A DNA stretch of 64,000 nt. It comes from an uncultured Actinomycetes bacterium. Its GTDB lineage: Bacteria; Actinomycetota; UBA4738; JBBDTT01. The DNA lies in the NCBI GenBank assembly GCA_963742735.1, contig CAVUMN010000004.1, positions 448,001 through 512,000 on the forward strand. The letters are read 5' to 3'. Made by a program: the position numbers and the translations under genes. The notes under the pieces were generated by a model. The model was not told where the DNA came from. It made no database searches and saw only the letters and a program-made list of their open reading frames with translations. Every line of letters starts with the position of its first letter. The first letter of the stretch is position 1. Shown here piece by piece: positions 47,227 to 57,499 of the stretch.

Positions 47227-47673
47227 ATGTCCGACGAGGCGTTCATGGGAGAGGCCCTCGAGGCCGCGAGGGCCTGCCTGGAGTGGGGCGACGTCCCGAT
47301 CGGGGCGGTGGTCACGCGCGACGACCGGGTGCTGGCCGCCGTCGGGAACGAGCGCGAGCGCCGGGGAGACCCGACCGCCCACGCCGAGATTCTCGCGCTG
47401 CGCGCCGCGTCGGAGGCCCTCGGGTCGTGGCGCCTCGAGGGCTGCACGATGTACGTGACGCTCGAGCCCTGCGCGATGTGCGCCGGCGCGCTGGTCCTGG
47501 CTCGTCTGGACCGGCTCGTCTTCGGGGCGGCCGACCCGAAGGCGGGGTTCGCGGGAAGCCTGGGCGACCTGGTGCGCGACCGGCGGCTGAACCACCGGCT
47601 GGAGGTGACCGAGGGGGTGCGCGCCGAGGAGGCCGGCGAGCTCCTCCGAGAGTTCTTCAGGGAGCGCCGCTGA
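47227..47673 (+). CDS. tadA: tRNA adenosine(34) deaminase
   Basis: DVPIGAV, DPTAHAE, TLEPCAMCAGA, DPKAG. TATCGT lies 6 nt upstream of the ATG. Confidence 0.94.
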   Translation: MSDEAFMGEALEAARACLEWGDVPIGAVVTRDDRVLAAVGNERERRGDPTAHAEILALRAASEALGSWRLEGCTMYVTLEPCAMCAGALVLARLDRLVFGAADPKAGFAGSLGDLVRDRRLNHRLEVTEGVRAEEAGELLREFFRERR

Positions 47674-47678
47674 TCGCT

Positions 47679-47769
47679 TGGCGGAAGCGGCAGGATTCGA
47701 ACCTGCGAGGGGCGGTTAACCCCTAAACGCTTTCGAGGCGTTCGCCTTCGTCCGCTCGGCCACGCTTCC
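47679..47769 (-). tRNA. tRNA-Ser(CGA)
   Basis: Minus strand GGAAGCG...AACGC-CTCGAAA-GCGTT...GGTTCGAATCC...CGCTTCCGCCA. Confidence 0.95.
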
Positions 47770-47795
47770 GGATCTTCAATTGTAGGGATCGCTCC

Positions 47796-47885
47796 TGGCG
47801 GTGGCTCCGGGATTCGAACCCGGGAGAGAGTTGCCCCTCTACACGCTTTCCAGGCGTGCCCCTTAGGCCGCTCGGGCAAGCCACC
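47796..47885 (-). tRNA. tRNA-Ser(GGA)
   Basis: Minus strand GGTGGCT...CACGC-CTGGAAA-GCGTG...GGTTCGAATCC...AGCCACCGCCA. Confidence 0.95.
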
Positions 47886-47937
47886 GCAGCGATTGTAGGT
47901 AGCTCCTCGCTTGCCGGCCCGGCTTCGTATACTCGAC

Positions 47938-48218
47938 GGCGGTGACCGTGCTAGGCGGGGAGCCAGCGGTGCCCTGAATCCGCAATCCGCTCTAGCGGGG
48001 CCGAAGGCCGCCTTCGGCCCGGATGGTCCGATAGGCCCTTCGTTCGGCTGCGTTGAAGGTCGGGTCCTGCGCGACACCAACTCGCGAACCCCGTCAGGTC
48101 CGGAAGGAAGCAGCGGTAAGCGGGCGCTGGTGGGTGCCGCAGGGTGACCTGGCTGGAGCCGCCGACGGGGGACACCGTCGAGCCGTCCGTGGTCAACGGC
48201 GGATGCACGGTCACCACC
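47938..48218 (+). ncRNA. ffs: Signal recognition particle RNA, large (Alu-domain) bacterial type
   Basis: S-domain TCAGGTCCGGAAGGAAGCAGC at 48094-48114. The 5' CCGTGCTAGGCGGGGAG..AGCGGTGCCCTG...CAATCCGCTCTAGC resembles Bacillus scRNA. Terminal helix GGTGACCGTGC/GCACGGTCACC. TATACT upstream; gene precedes dnaX. Confidence 0.92.
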
Positions 48219-48257
48219 TTCATCTAGAGTGCGCCTAACCGACCCTTCCCCCCGGGG

Positions 48258-50018
48258 GTGTCCCGTTTGGAGCCACGTCAGCACCGGTCCCTGTACCGGA
48301 AGTACCGCCCGCAGGCGCCGGGCCAGATCATCGGACAGGAGCACGTCGTCCGGGCGCTGGTCGGGGCCGTCGGCGACGGCCGGCTCGCGCAGGCGTACCT
48401 GTTCTGCGGTCCCCGCGGCACCGGCAAGACCTCGACCGCCCGCATCCTGGCCAAGATGGTCAACTGCGAGAAGGGTCCGACCGCCGAGCCGTGCGACGAG
48501 TGCGAGCAGTGCGTCCGTATCCGCGAGGGCACCCACCTCGACGTCATCGAGATCGACGCCGCGTCCCACGGGGGCGTGGAGGACGCCCGGGAGCTCCGCG
48601 AGCGGGCCCCCACCGCCCCCGCGCAGGGCCGCGAGAAGGTCTACATCATCGACGAGGCGCAGCGGCTGTCCCGCGAGGCGTTCGACGCCCTCCTGAAGGT
48701 CTTCGAGGAGCCGCCCCCCGGCGTGCGTTTCGTCCTGGCCACCACCGAGCCCCACAAGATGCCGGCCACGATCGTCGGCCGGTGCCAGAGGTTCGACTTC
48801 CGCCGCGTGACGGGGGAGACCCTCGCCGCGCACCTGGCTACCGTGGCGAAGGAGGAGAAGTTCACGCTTTCGCCGGAGGCGGCGGAGGCCATCGCCCGGC
48901 ACTCCGAGGGCTCGGTCCGCGACGCCCTCTCGCTGCTGGACCAGGCCGCGGTCCTGGCCGGCGGCGTGATCGACGCCGACGCCGTGGCCAGCCTGATCGG
49001 CGGCGCCGACCTAGACGGACGGTTCGAGGTCGCCGACGCGGTGGCGAGCGGGGACGCGAAGGCGGTCTTCGACATCGTCAACCGGCTCATCCAGGAAGGC
49101 CGCGACATCCGCAACGTGACGGCGCAGGCCATCGCCCACTTCCGCGACCTGTACCTGGCGTTGGTCGCGCCGGACCAGTCGGATCTGGTCGACGTGCCGC
49201 CCGAGCACCAGGCCCGCCTGGTCGGCCAGGCAGCGAAATTCACCACCCCGGGCCTGGACCGGATCCTGCAGCTGCTCCTCGAGGCGAACACGAACCTGCG
49301 ATGGACCACCTCGCCGCGGCTGACGCTGGAGCTCGCGCTGGTGAAGGCCGCCGTGCCGGAGACCGACGCGCGGCCGGAGGCGCTGCTGTCTCGCCTGGAG
49401 CGGCTGGAGCGGCTGGCGGGGCTCGGGACTGGGGTTGAGCAGGTGGAAGAGGCAAAACCCGTTGAGCGGGAGTCGGCGGCGGCGCTCCCTCCGCGGGCCA
49501 GTCCCCGCCCAACCCCCGCTCCGGGAGCGTCGCCGCCACACCGTGCGCCCACTCGTACGCCACCCAGGACATCGAAGAAGCCGGAACCCCAACCCACCTC
49601 TGCGGCGCCCGATCCCGCGCCGGCGAGCGTTGCGTCGTCGCCCTCGACGGCTTCCGTGGACTCCGAGATGATTCGGAAGTCGTGGCCTGAGGTGGTCAAG
49701 GCGCTGGATGCGCCTGGGAGCAAGGCCATTCACACGCTGGCGCAGTACGTGCTGACGTCCTCCTATGAGGATGGTGTCTTGGAGCTCGTGTTTCCGTCGG
49801 GGAAGAAGTTCGCGGCGGAGAAGATCGAGGACAAGCAGACGATCCTGCGGGACGTGATCAAGCAGGTGCTGGGGGTGGCGCCGCGGATCCGGTGCATCGT
49901 CCGCGACGGGCCGCCGAACTCCGAGCCCGCGCTCGACGACGAGGAGCCCGTCCCCACCGAGGAGCAGGCCCTGGAGCGCGCCGTGGAGATGCTCGGCGCC
50001 GAGGTGGTCGAGGACTGA
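48258..50018 (+). CDS. dnaX: DNA polymerase III subunit gamma/tau
   Basis: [18 protein letters not shown]4 zinc module, [26 protein letters not shown]. Confidence 0.96.
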   Translation: MSRLEPRQHRSLYRKYRPQAPGQIIGQEHVVRALVGAVGDGRLAQAYLFCGPRGTGKTSTARILAKMVNCEKGPTAEPCDECEQCVRIREGTHLDVIEIDAASHGGVEDARELRERAPTAPAQGREKVYIIDEAQRLSREAFDALLKVFEEPPPGVRFVLATTEPHKMPATIVGRCQRFDFRRVTGETLAAHLATVAKEEKFTLSPEAAEAIARHSEGSVRDALSLLDQAAVLAGGVIDADAVASLIGGADLDGRFEVADAVASGDAKAVFDIVNRLIQEGRDIRNVTAQAIAHFRDLYLALVAPDQSDLVDVPPEHQARLVGQAAKFTTPGLDRILQLLLEANTNLRWTTSPRLTLELALVKAAVPETDARPEALLSRLERLERLAGLGTGVEQVEEAKPVERESAAALPPRASPRPTPAPGASPPHRAPTRTPPRTSKKPEPQPTSAAPDPAPASVASSPSTASVDSEMIRKSWPEVVKALDAPGSKAIHTLAQYVLTSSYEDGVLELVFPSGKKFAAEKIEDKQTILRDVIKQVLGVAPRIRCIVRDGPPNSEPALDDEEPVPTEEQALERAVEMLGAEVVED

Positions 50019-50019
50019 G

Positions 50020-50613
50020 GTGTTCGAGGGCCCGATTCAGGACCTGATCGACGAGCTGAACCGGCTTCCCGGGATCGGCCCGAAGTCCGCGCAGCGCCTG
50101 GCGTTCTACCTGGTGAAGGCGGCGAGCGCCGACGCGAAGCGGCTGGCCGAGGCCATCATCCAGGCGAAGGAGCGCGTCTCGTTCTGCCGCGAGTGCTTCA
50201 ACGTGGCCGAGGGACAGCTGTGCCGCTACTGCGCCGACCCATCCCGCGACCCGACGATCATCTGCGTGGTCGAGGAGCCGAAGGACGTCGCGTCGATCGA
50301 GAAGGCCGGCATCGTTCGCGGGAGGTACCACATCCTGGGCGGCGCGATCTCGCCCATGGAGGGGATCGGGCCCGAGGACCTCCGCATCCAGGAGCTCCTG
50401 GACCGCGTCGGCCGCGACTCCGTGGCCGAGGTCATCCTGGCCACCAACCCGAACCTGGAGGGCAACGCCACGGCGATGTACGTGGGCGGGCTGCTGAAGC
50501 CATTGGGCATCCGCGTCACCCGGCTGGCCAGCGGCCTCCCCGTGGGCGGCGACCTGGAGTACGCCGACGAAGTCACCCTCGGACAGGCTCTCGAGGGCCG
50601 CCGCGAGCTGTAG
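50020..50613 (+). CDS. recR: Recombination mediator RecR
   Basis: [14 protein letters not shown]4 zinc finger, Toprim ([22 protein letters not shown]). Confidence 0.97.
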   Translation: MFEGPIQDLIDELNRLPGIGPKSAQRLAFYLVKAASADAKRLAEAIIQAKERVSFCRECFNVAEGQLCRYCADPSRDPTIICVVEEPKDVASIEKAGIVRGRYHILGGAISPMEGIGPEDLRIQELLDRVGRDSVAEVILATNPNLEGNATAMYVGGLLKPLGIRVTRLASGLPVGGDLEYADEVTLGQALEGRREL

Positions 50614-50616
50614 CCC

Positions 50617-51903
50617 TCAGCCCCTCCCGACGCGCGCGGAGCCCACCTCGGCCGCGGCGATCGCGGCCGACAGGATCAGCGCTCCGCCGGCGAGCAGCCC
50701 CACCTGGCTTCCGTCGAGCGTCAGGCCGAACAGGCGCACCTCGTCGACGAGCGACGCGAGCCCGCCGATGCCGAGCGCGCCGAGGGCCAGCCCCAGCCGG
50801 AACAGCAGGTGGACGGCGCCGAACAGTCGGCCGCGCTCCTCGTCGCGGACCAGCGACTGCGCCAGCGACATCGCCAGCATCACCGCAACGCTGAACCCGA
50901 GTCCGAACCCGACCGCGGCGACGAACGCCAGCCACAGCACCGGCGCCAGCGCCATCAGGACCAGCACCGCCCCGCACAGGGCCACGGCGGCCCGGAACAC
51001 CGCCCCCTCGCCGCGATGCACCAGGCTGCGGACCGCCACCAGCCCGATCGCCGCGCCGAGCCCCCAGAGCGAGGCCAGGTAGCCGAACTCGACGTCGCCC
51101 GAGCCGAGGGTCTCGTGGACGTAGGCAAGCCCCACCGCGAACAGCGCCCCGCCGCCGAACATCGCTACGCCCACGCCCATTCCCAGCGAGCCCAGCGCGG
51201 GGTTCCGCCGGGCCAGGCGAAAGCCGTCGAACGCGCCGTCCACCCACCCGCCGGAGGGAACGGCGGGTCGCGGGGGCGTCCGTGGCAGACCCGCGATGAG
51301 GATCGCCGAGACCACGAACGTCGCCGCATCGACGAAGAAGGGGGCGGCGAGGGGGTGATCGCGGAGGACGTCCGCGATCGGGACCCAGTCCGGGGTGTGC
51401 GTCGCAACCATCCGCAATCCCGAGAACAGCGCGAACGCGAACGGGATGGTCCCGTACGACGACGCCATCACCAGGCCGTTCGCGGCCGGCAACCCCGCCG
51501 GGGGAACGAGCGACGGCAGGTATGCGTCACGGGCGGGGAGGAACAGCAACGCCACGCACTCGTGGACGAACGCGATCGCGTAGAGCCACACGATGCCCCC
51601 GAACGGGACGGAGGCGATCAGACCAGCCTGAACCAGGTTGCAGACGACCATGAGACGCCGGCGGTCCAGACGATCGGACAGCACGCCGCCGATCGGTGCC
51701 GCGAACAGCGGCGGGACCAGGCGAATCACGAGGACGGCCCCCACGGCGAAGGGCGAGCCGGTCAGGGCCAGGGCCGCGGCGATGAACGCGACGGTGCCCA
51801 CCCAGTCGCCGAGCGCGGAGATCGCCTGTCCGATCAGCAACCGGCGGAACGGGGGGAGGCCGACCACCGAACGAAGCGTGGGAGCCTGCGCGGTTCGGCT
51901 CAT
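50617..51903 (-). CDS. MFS transporter
   Basis: About 12 TM; GQAISALGD, GVLSDRLDRRRLM (motif A), ERGR.FG. Confidence 0.88.
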   Translation of the reverse strand: MSRTAQAPTLRSVVGLPPFRRLLIGQAISALGDWVGTVAFIAAALALTGSPFAVGAVLVIRLVPPLFAAPIGGVLSDRLDRRRLMVVCNLVQAGLIASVPFGGIVWLYAIAFVHECVALLFLPARDAYLPSLVPPAGLPAANGLVMASSYGTIPFAFALFSGLRMVATHTPDWVPIADVLRDHPLAAPFFVDAATFVVSAILIAGLPRTPPRPAVPSGGWVDGAFDGFRLARRNPALGSLGMGVGVAMFGGGALFAVGLAYVHETLGSGDVEFGYLASLWGLGAAIGLVAVRSLVHRGEGAVFRAAVALCGAVLVLMALAPVLWLAFVAAVGFGLGFSVAVMLAMSLAQSLVRDEERGRLFGAVHLLFRLGLALGALGIGGLASLVDEVRLFGLTLDGSQVGLLAGGALILSAAIAAAEVGSARVGRG

Positions 51904-51954
51904 CCGGTCCGAGGAGGTTGGGAAGAGGGCGGGGAGGCGGCAGAATGCGAGTTC

Positions 51955-52782
51955 ATGGTCGCCGTGGTCACCGACAGCGCGTCGAACCTTCCCCCGGACG
52001 TCGCCGCTGCGCTCGGCATCGAAGTCGTCCCAATGTATCTGAAGTTCGGCGAGCACAGCTATCGCGACGGCGTGGACCTGGTCGGCGAGGACTTCTACGA
52101 ACGGCTCCTGCGCGACGGGGAGCTCGCGAGCACCGCGGCCCCCTCCCCGGGCGACTTCCTGGACGCCTTCGAGTCGGCGCCCGAGGGCGACGTCGTGTGC
52201 GTCACGGTCGCCTCGAGCGTCTCGTTCACGTACCAGGCCGCGTGCATGGCCCGCGATCAATCCTCGCGGCAGGTCACGGTCGTCGACTCCGGCGCCGCGT
52301 CGATGGCCGAGGGGTTCGTGGCGATGGAGGCGGCACGCGAAGCCCGCCGCGGCGCCGGCGCGGGGCTTGTCGTCGCCAGGGCGCGCGACGTCGCGAACCG
52401 GGCTCGTCTGTTCGCCGCGATCAACACGTTCGAGTTCCTCCGAAAGTCGGGGCGGGTCGGCAAGCTCCAGGCGTACGCCGCAACGCGGCTGGACATCAAG
52501 GCGGTGTTCCGGTTCCAGGGCGGCGACCCCGGCCCGGTGGCGCGGCCTCGTACCAGAGCGCGGGCGCTGGGCCGCGTGGTCGAGGAGACCCAGGCCGAGA
52601 TCGCCGGCCGGCCCGTGCACCTGGCCGCGATCCACGCGGCAGCCGAGGACGAGGCCCATGACCTCATGCGCCGTGTGGCGGCCGGGGCGAACGTCGTGGA
52701 GTCGTTCGTGTCGCCGTTCACGCCGATGATGGGCGCCCACACCGGTCCCGGCGTCGTCGGGCTCGCCTTCTTCTGCGACTGA
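51955..52782 (+). CDS. DegV/FakB family fatty acid-binding protein
   Basis: VVTDSASNLP, STAAPSPG, VVDS, LRKSGRVG, GAHTGPG. Confidence 0.92.
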   Translation: MVAVVTDSASNLPPDVAAALGIEVVPMYLKFGEHSYRDGVDLVGEDFYERLLRDGELASTAAPSPGDFLDAFESAPEGDVVCVTVASSVSFTYQAACMARDQSSRQVTVVDSGAASMAEGFVAMEAAREARRGAGAGLVVARARDVANRARLFAAINTFEFLRKSGRVGKLQAYAATRLDIKAVFRFQGGDPGPVARPRTRARALGRVVEETQAEIAGRPVHLAAIHAAAEDEAHDLMRRVAAGANVVESFVSPFTPMMGAHTGPGVVGLAFFCD

Positions 52783-53459
52783 TGCGTCTCTCCCACGCGC
52801 TCTGGATCGCCGCCGCCTACGTGGTGGGGACGTTCCCCTCGACCTGGTTGGTGTCGCGGGCCCTGGGAGCGCGTGGGCTGATCCGGGGGGCCCGGCGCGA
52901 TCAGGGTGAGGCGGACGCCCACGTCATGGTTGCCCGCCGGCTGGGCGGCGGCTGGGGCGCGCTGGCGGCGATCCTCGACGTGTCCAAGGGCATCGTGCTC
53001 ACGCTGGCGGCTCGACGGTGGGGCCACCTGCCCGACGCCTGGCTGGCGATGGCCGGCGCCGCCGTGGTGGTCGGCCACACGTTCCCCTTCTATGTTCGAG
53101 CCATGGCCGGGCGCGGGCTGGCCGCGGCCGCGGGGGTGTTCCTGGTCCTGCTCCCGGTCGAGATGGTGGCCGCCGGCCTGACGATGTGCGTGGGGTTCCT
53201 GGTTCGTCAGTCCGGGCTCTTCTCGACCCTCGGGTTCGGCAGCGTGGCCGCCGTCGCGTGGCTCCGCGGCCGGCCCGACGCGTTGGTGGCGATGGCGCTG
53301 GCGGTATTCGTCCTGGTGATCATCCGGCGCCTCGAGGGGACGGGCGAGGTGGCCCGGACGACCGGTCTGACCCGGGCCCGGGCGGCGTACTACCGGGGCG
53401 TGTTCGACTCGAGCGGCCCACCCGGAACCGAGCCGGAGTCCGAGGAAGCGGCCGGCTGA
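52782..53459 (+). CDS. plsY: Glycerol-3-phosphate acyltransferase PlsY family
   Basis: YVVGTFP, DVSKG, GHTFPF..R..AGRGLA; multi-TM. ATG overlaps the degV stop. Confidence 0.8.
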   Translation: MRLSHALWIAAAYVVGTFPSTWLVSRALGARGLIRGARRDQGEADAHVMVARRLGGGWGALAAILDVSKGIVLTLAARRWGHLPDAWLAMAGAAVVVGHTFPFYVRAMAGRGLAAAAGVFLVLLPVEMVAAGLTMCVGFLVRQSGLFSTLGFGSVAAVAWLRGRPDALVAMALAVFVLVIIRRLEGTGEVARTTGLTRARAAYYRGVFDSSGPPGTEPESEEAAG

Positions 53460-53505
53460 CCGAGCTTCCCGAATCGAGCGCCCCCGCGCCCGTACACTCG
53501 GGCGA

Positions 53506-54747
53506 ATGGGCGTCATCGTGCAGAAGTACGGGGGGACCTCGGTCGCCGACGTGGATCGGATCGTGTCGGTGGCCCGCCGCGTCGTGGCCGCCCGCCAGCG
53601 AGGCGACGACGTGGTCGTCGTGGTGAGCGCCATGGGAACGACCACCGACGACCTGCTGGCCATGGCGCACCGCCTGACCCCGGTGCCGTCGTCGCGCGAG
53701 CTGGACCTCCTGCTGACGGCGGGGGAGCGCATCGCGATGTCATTGCTGTCGATCGCCATCAACGGCGACGGCGTCAGCGCGGTGAGCTTCACCGGGAGCC
53801 AGGCCGGGATCATCACCGACACCACCCACGGCAAGGCCCGGATCATCGACGTGCGCCCCGGCAGGGTCCTGGAGGCCCTCGAGCGCGGCGCCGTCGTGAT
53901 CGTGGCCGGGTTCCAGGGGGTGTCCACGGCCTACGACGTCACGACGCTGGGCCGCGGCGGCTCGGACACGACGGCCGTGGCCCTGGCCGCCGCGCTCGGC
54001 GCCGAGGTGTGCGAGATCTACACTGACGTGGCGGGGGTGTACACCGCGGACCCCCGCATGGAGCCCGCGGCGCGCCGCCTGCACGCGGTGTCCTACGAGG
54101 AGATGCTCGAGCTCGCCGCGAGCGGGGCGCGGGTCCTGCAGCTACGGTCGGTGGAGTACGCGCGCAACTACGGGGTGAAGGTTCACGTCCGCTCCTCGTT
54201 CACCGAGGAGGCGGGAACCTGGATCACCGAGGAGGACGAGCGCATGGAGCAGGCCATCATCTCGGGCGTCGCCCACGACGAGTCCGAGGCGAAGATCACG
54301 CTGGCCGACGTGCCGGACCGCCCCGGGGTGGCCGCGAGCATCTTTCGGGCCATCGCCGACGAATCGATCAACGTCGACATGATCGTCCAGAACGTCTCCC
54401 GCGACGGCACCACCGACCTGTCGTTCACGCTGCCGAGGGACGACGTGCCCCACGCGCGCACCGTCATGGAGAAGGTCGTGCAGGAGGTCGGGGCCAACGG
54501 CTACACCGTCGACGAGGACGTCGCCAAGGTGTCGCTCGTCGGCGCGGGGATGAAGAGCCACCCGGGCGTCGCCGCACGCATGTTCGAGGCCCTGGCCGCG
54601 GCGAGCATCAACATCGAGATGATCGCCACGTCCTCGATCCGGGTGTCGTGCGTGATCCGCGCGATCGACGTGGAGCGCGCGGTGCGCGCCCTGCACGCCG
54701 AGTTCGAGCTGGGCGAGGGCGACGCCCGAGAGACCCACCCCGTCTAG
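53506..54747 (+). CDS. ask: Aspartate kinase
   Basis: [30 protein letters not shown]; two ACT domains beginning near MEQAIISG. Confidence 0.96.
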   Translation: MGVIVQKYGGTSVADVDRIVSVARRVVAARQRGDDVVVVVSAMGTTTDDLLAMAHRLTPVPSSRELDLLLTAGERIAMSLLSIAINGDGVSAVSFTGSQAGIITDTTHGKARIIDVRPGRVLEALERGAVVIVAGFQGVSTAYDVTTLGRGGSDTTAVALAAALGAEVCEIYTDVAGVYTADPRMEPAARRLHAVSYEEMLELAASGARVLQLRSVEYARNYGVKVHVRSSFTEEAGTWITEEDERMEQAIISGVAHDESEAKITLADVPDRPGVAASIFRAIADESINVDMIVQNVSRDGTTDLSFTLPRDDVPHARTVMEKVVQEVGANGYTVDEDVAKVSLVGAGMKSHPGVAARMFEALAAASINIEMIATSSIRVSCVIRAIDVERAVRALHAEFELGEGDARETHPV

Positions 54748-54753
54748 GATCGG

Positions 54754-55782
54754 ATGACCATGCGCGTCGCCATCGTCGGAGCCACAGGTGCGGTCGGCCG
54801 GGAGATGCTCCGGATCCTCGCGGAGCGTTCCTTCCCCGCCGACGAGGTCCTCGCGTTCGCCACCTCGCGATCCGAGGGTCTCCGTGTTCCCTACGGGGAC
54901 GGGGAGGTCACCGTGAGCGCCAACGCCCCCGGAGCGCTTGCTGGGGTCGATCTGGCCCTGTGGTCGGCCGGCGGCGGGCCCGCCCGCGAGCTGATCCCCG
55001 CCGCGGTCGAGGCCGGCACGGTCTGCATCGACAACTCCTCGGCGTTCCGGATGGCCGACGGCGTGCCCCTCGTGATCCCCGAGGTCAACCCCGATGCCCT
55101 GTCCGGCGATCCGAAGCTGGTCGCGAACCCCAACTGCACGACGATCACCGCACTGATGCCGCTCGCCCCGCTGCACCGGGCCTACGGCGTGCGCGAGCTC
55201 GTCGTGTCGTCCTATCAGTCGGTGAGCGGGACGGGTACGAAGGGCGTGCGCGAGCTCGCCGAGCAGGTCGAGAAGCTTCGAGGCCAGGAGGAGTCGCTGG
55301 GCCACCCCGACCCGGCGAGCCTCCCCGTGGGCGAGGTGTTCGGCAGGACGATCGCCTTCAACGTGGTCCCGCGCGTCGACGTCTTCCTGGAGGACGGGTT
55401 CACGGTCGAGGAGCGCAAGATCGCGAACGAGACGCGCAAGATCCTGGGGCGGGCGGGATTGCCGGTTCACGCGACGTGCGTCCGGGTCCCGGTGATGGTC
55501 GGCCACGGCGTCTCGGTTCTGGCCCGGTTCGACGAGGAGGTCACGCCGCACGACGCGCGGGTCCTCCTGCGCGACGCGCCGGGAGTGCGGGTGGTGGACA
55601 ACATCGCCGCCGATTCGTTCCCGACGCCGCTGGACTCGGCCGGGATCGATGACGTTCTGGTCGGCCGTATCCGCCAGCCGGAGGGCGAGCCGCGGACGCT
55701 CCTGTACTTCGCGGCCGGGGACAACCTGCGCAAAGGCGCGGCGCTGAACGCCGTGCAGATCGCGGAGCACCTGGTCCGCTGA
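54754..55782 (+). CDS. asd: Aspartate-semialdehyde dehydrogenase
   Basis: VGATGAVG, IDNSSAFRM, ANPNCTT, YQSVSG, TCVRVPV..GH, DNLRKGAALN. Confidence 0.96.
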   Translation: MTMRVAIVGATGAVGREMLRILAERSFPADEVLAFATSRSEGLRVPYGDGEVTVSANAPGALAGVDLALWSAGGGPARELIPAAVEAGTVCIDNSSAFRMADGVPLVIPEVNPDALSGDPKLVANPNCTTITALMPLAPLHRAYGVRELVVSSYQSVSGTGTKGVRELAEQVEKLRGQEESLGHPDPASLPVGEVFGRTIAFNVVPRVDVFLEDGFTVEERKIANETRKILGRAGLPVHATCVRVPVMVGHGVSVLARFDEEVTPHDARVLLRDAPGVRVVDNIAADSFPTPLDSAGIDDVLVGRIRQPEGEPRTLLYFAAGDNLRKGAALNAVQIAEHLVR

Positions 55783-56204
55783 GCGAGCCCGGCTGCGTCT
55801 TCTGCGCGATCGTCGACGGCCGGGCGCCGTCCACGCAGGTCTTCGAGGACGAGCGCACGCTGGCGTTCATGGACATCAACCCGGCCACCGAGGGCCACGC
55901 GCTGGTGATCCCCAAGGCGCACGCCCGCGACCTGTTCGACGTCTCCGATGAGGACTCGGTGGCGATGTTCCGGACGGTCCGCACGGTGGCCGAGGCCGCG
56001 AAGGCGGCGTTCGACGTGGACGCCATCAACCTGCTCCAGGCGAACGGCGCGACGGCGTTCCAGACCGTCTTCCACGTGCACGTCCACGTGATCCCGCGAT
56101 ACCGGATCGACGAGATCCGCCTGCCGTGGATCCCCCGGCCCGGCGACCGCTCGAAGATCGCCTCGAACGGCGAGCGGCTGAGGGCCGCGTTCGGCGCGGG
56201 CTAG
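55779..56204 (+). CDS. HIT family protein (probable CTG start)
   Basis: CVFCAIV, AFMDINP, GHALVIPK.H, FHVHVHVIPR. The CxFC motif lies upstream of the first ATG (55869). Confidence 0.88.
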   Translation: MSEPGCVFCAIVDGRAPSTQVFEDERTLAFMDINPATEGHALVIPKAHARDLFDVSDEDSVAMFRTVRTVAEAAKAAFDVDAINLLQANGATAFQTVFHVHVHVIPRYRIDEIRLPWIPRPGDRSKIASNGERLRAAFGAG

Positions 56205-57007
56205 AGGTCCGGGATCGACCTCCGCAGGAGCTCGAAGCTGTACCCGCCGTCGACCTCCAGGACCTTGCCGGTCACCCACGAGGCGGCGTCCGAGCACAGG
56301 TACAGCGCCGCAGTCGCGATGTCCTCCGAGGTGCCGTTGCGCTGCAGGTGGGTCTTGGCGAGCATCTCCGCGCGGATCGTGGGGTCCTTGGTGTCCAGCC
56401 AGTTGAGGTACATCGCCAGCGCGTCGGTCTCGACCGCGCCGGGGGCGATGGCGTTCACCCGGACCTTCGGGGCGAGGTCCGCCGCCATGAGCGCCGTCAT
56501 GTGGTGCATCGCCGCCTTCACGGTCCCGTAGGGCACGAACCCGCGGGGCGTGTGCACGCCGGCCATCGAGCCGATGTTCAGGACCGCGCCGCCGCCGCCC
56601 TCCAGGAGGTGGGGGGTAGCCAGCCGGGTCAGCTCGAACGGTGACGAGACGTTGAAGTGGAAGGACGCCTCCAGGTCGGGGACGTTCGTCTCGAGGAACG
56701 GCGTCGGGATCCAGCCGCCGGCGTTGTTGACCACCACGTCCAGGCCGCCGAGCTCCTCGACGGTCCGCCCGACCGCGGCCTCGAGGGCCTTCAGGTCGTT
56801 GACGTCGGTCGGCAGGACCAGGGCCCGGCGGCCGTGCTCGCCGACGGCCGCCGCCACGCCCTCCAGGTCGGCCTCGGTTCGCGCGAGGATGGCGACGTCC
56901 GCGCCCGCCTCGGCGAAGGCGACAGCGATCGCGGCGCCGATCCCCTTTCCCGCCCCGGTGACGATCGCCACCCGGTCGTCCATGCGGAACCGCTCGAGCA
57001 CGCCCAT
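56201..57007 (-). CDS. SDR family oxidoreductase
   Basis: TGAGKGIG, NNAG, YGTVK (YxxxK), VRVNAIAPG, VDGG. Confidence 0.92.
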   Translation of the reverse strand: MGVLERFRMDDRVAIVTGAGKGIGAAIAVAFAEAGADVAILARTEADLEGVAAAVGEHGRRALVLPTDVNDLKALEAAVGRTVEELGGLDVVVNNAGGWIPTPFLETNVPDLEASFHFNVSSPFELTRLATPHLLEGGGGAVLNIGSMAGVHTPRGFVPYGTVKAAMHHMTALMAADLAPKVRVNAIAPGAVETDALAMYLNWLDTKDPTIRAEMLAKTHLQRNGTSEDIATAALYLCSDAASWVTGKVLEVDGGYSFELLRRSIPDL

Positions 57008-57019
57008 GGCCGCCGAACG

Positions 57020-57499
57020 CTACTCCTCAGGCGGCTTGGGCGGCCAGGCGAGGTCGGCCAGCAGCTTGTTGAACGAGTGGCCAGAGTTGTCCCACCCCTC
57101 CCGGGCGTAGAACGCGTGGGCGCGGGTCCGCCAGTTCGCGGACTCGAGCTGCAGCCCCCATGCGCCCCGCTCGCGGGCCAGTTCCTCGCACGCGGCGAGC
57201 AGCGCGGCCCCGGCCCCCCGGCTGCGCGCGGCCTCGGACACGACCAGGTCCGGGATCCACCCCTCCTCGGAGTCGAAGTTGAGCCGCGGAGTGAACGCCA
57301 GGTCGATCATGCCGACGACGGCGTCGTCGTCCTCGGCCACGAACAGGAACCGGTCGGGATGGGCGAGCCAGGCCTCGTACCGCTCGCGGTGGGCGGGCTC
57401 AGCCGGGGTCCCGAGGACCACCGGCCGGCCCAGCTCCTGGAGGAGCGTCGTCACGGCCCCGAAGTCCTCGGGCTTCGCTCGACGGACGGCGATCGGCAC
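57020..57499 (-). CDS. GNAT family N-acetyltransferase
   Basis: LVVSEAARSRGAGAALL, AHAFYAREG. TACACT lies 7 nt before the GTG. Confidence 0.88.
   Translation of the reverse strand: MPIAVRRAKPEDFGAVTTLLQELGRPVVLGTPAEPAHRERYEAWLAHPDRFLFVAEDDDAVVGMIDLAFTPRLNFDSEEGWIPDLVVSEAARSRGAGAALLAACEELARERGAWGLQLESANWRTRAHAFYAREGWDNSGHSFNKLLADLAWPPKPPEE

Noticed and set aside
49430-49700. Possible gamma/tau frameshift signal in dnaX
   Set aside because: No A-AAA-AAG or long A run; this is only a Pro/Ala-rich linker.
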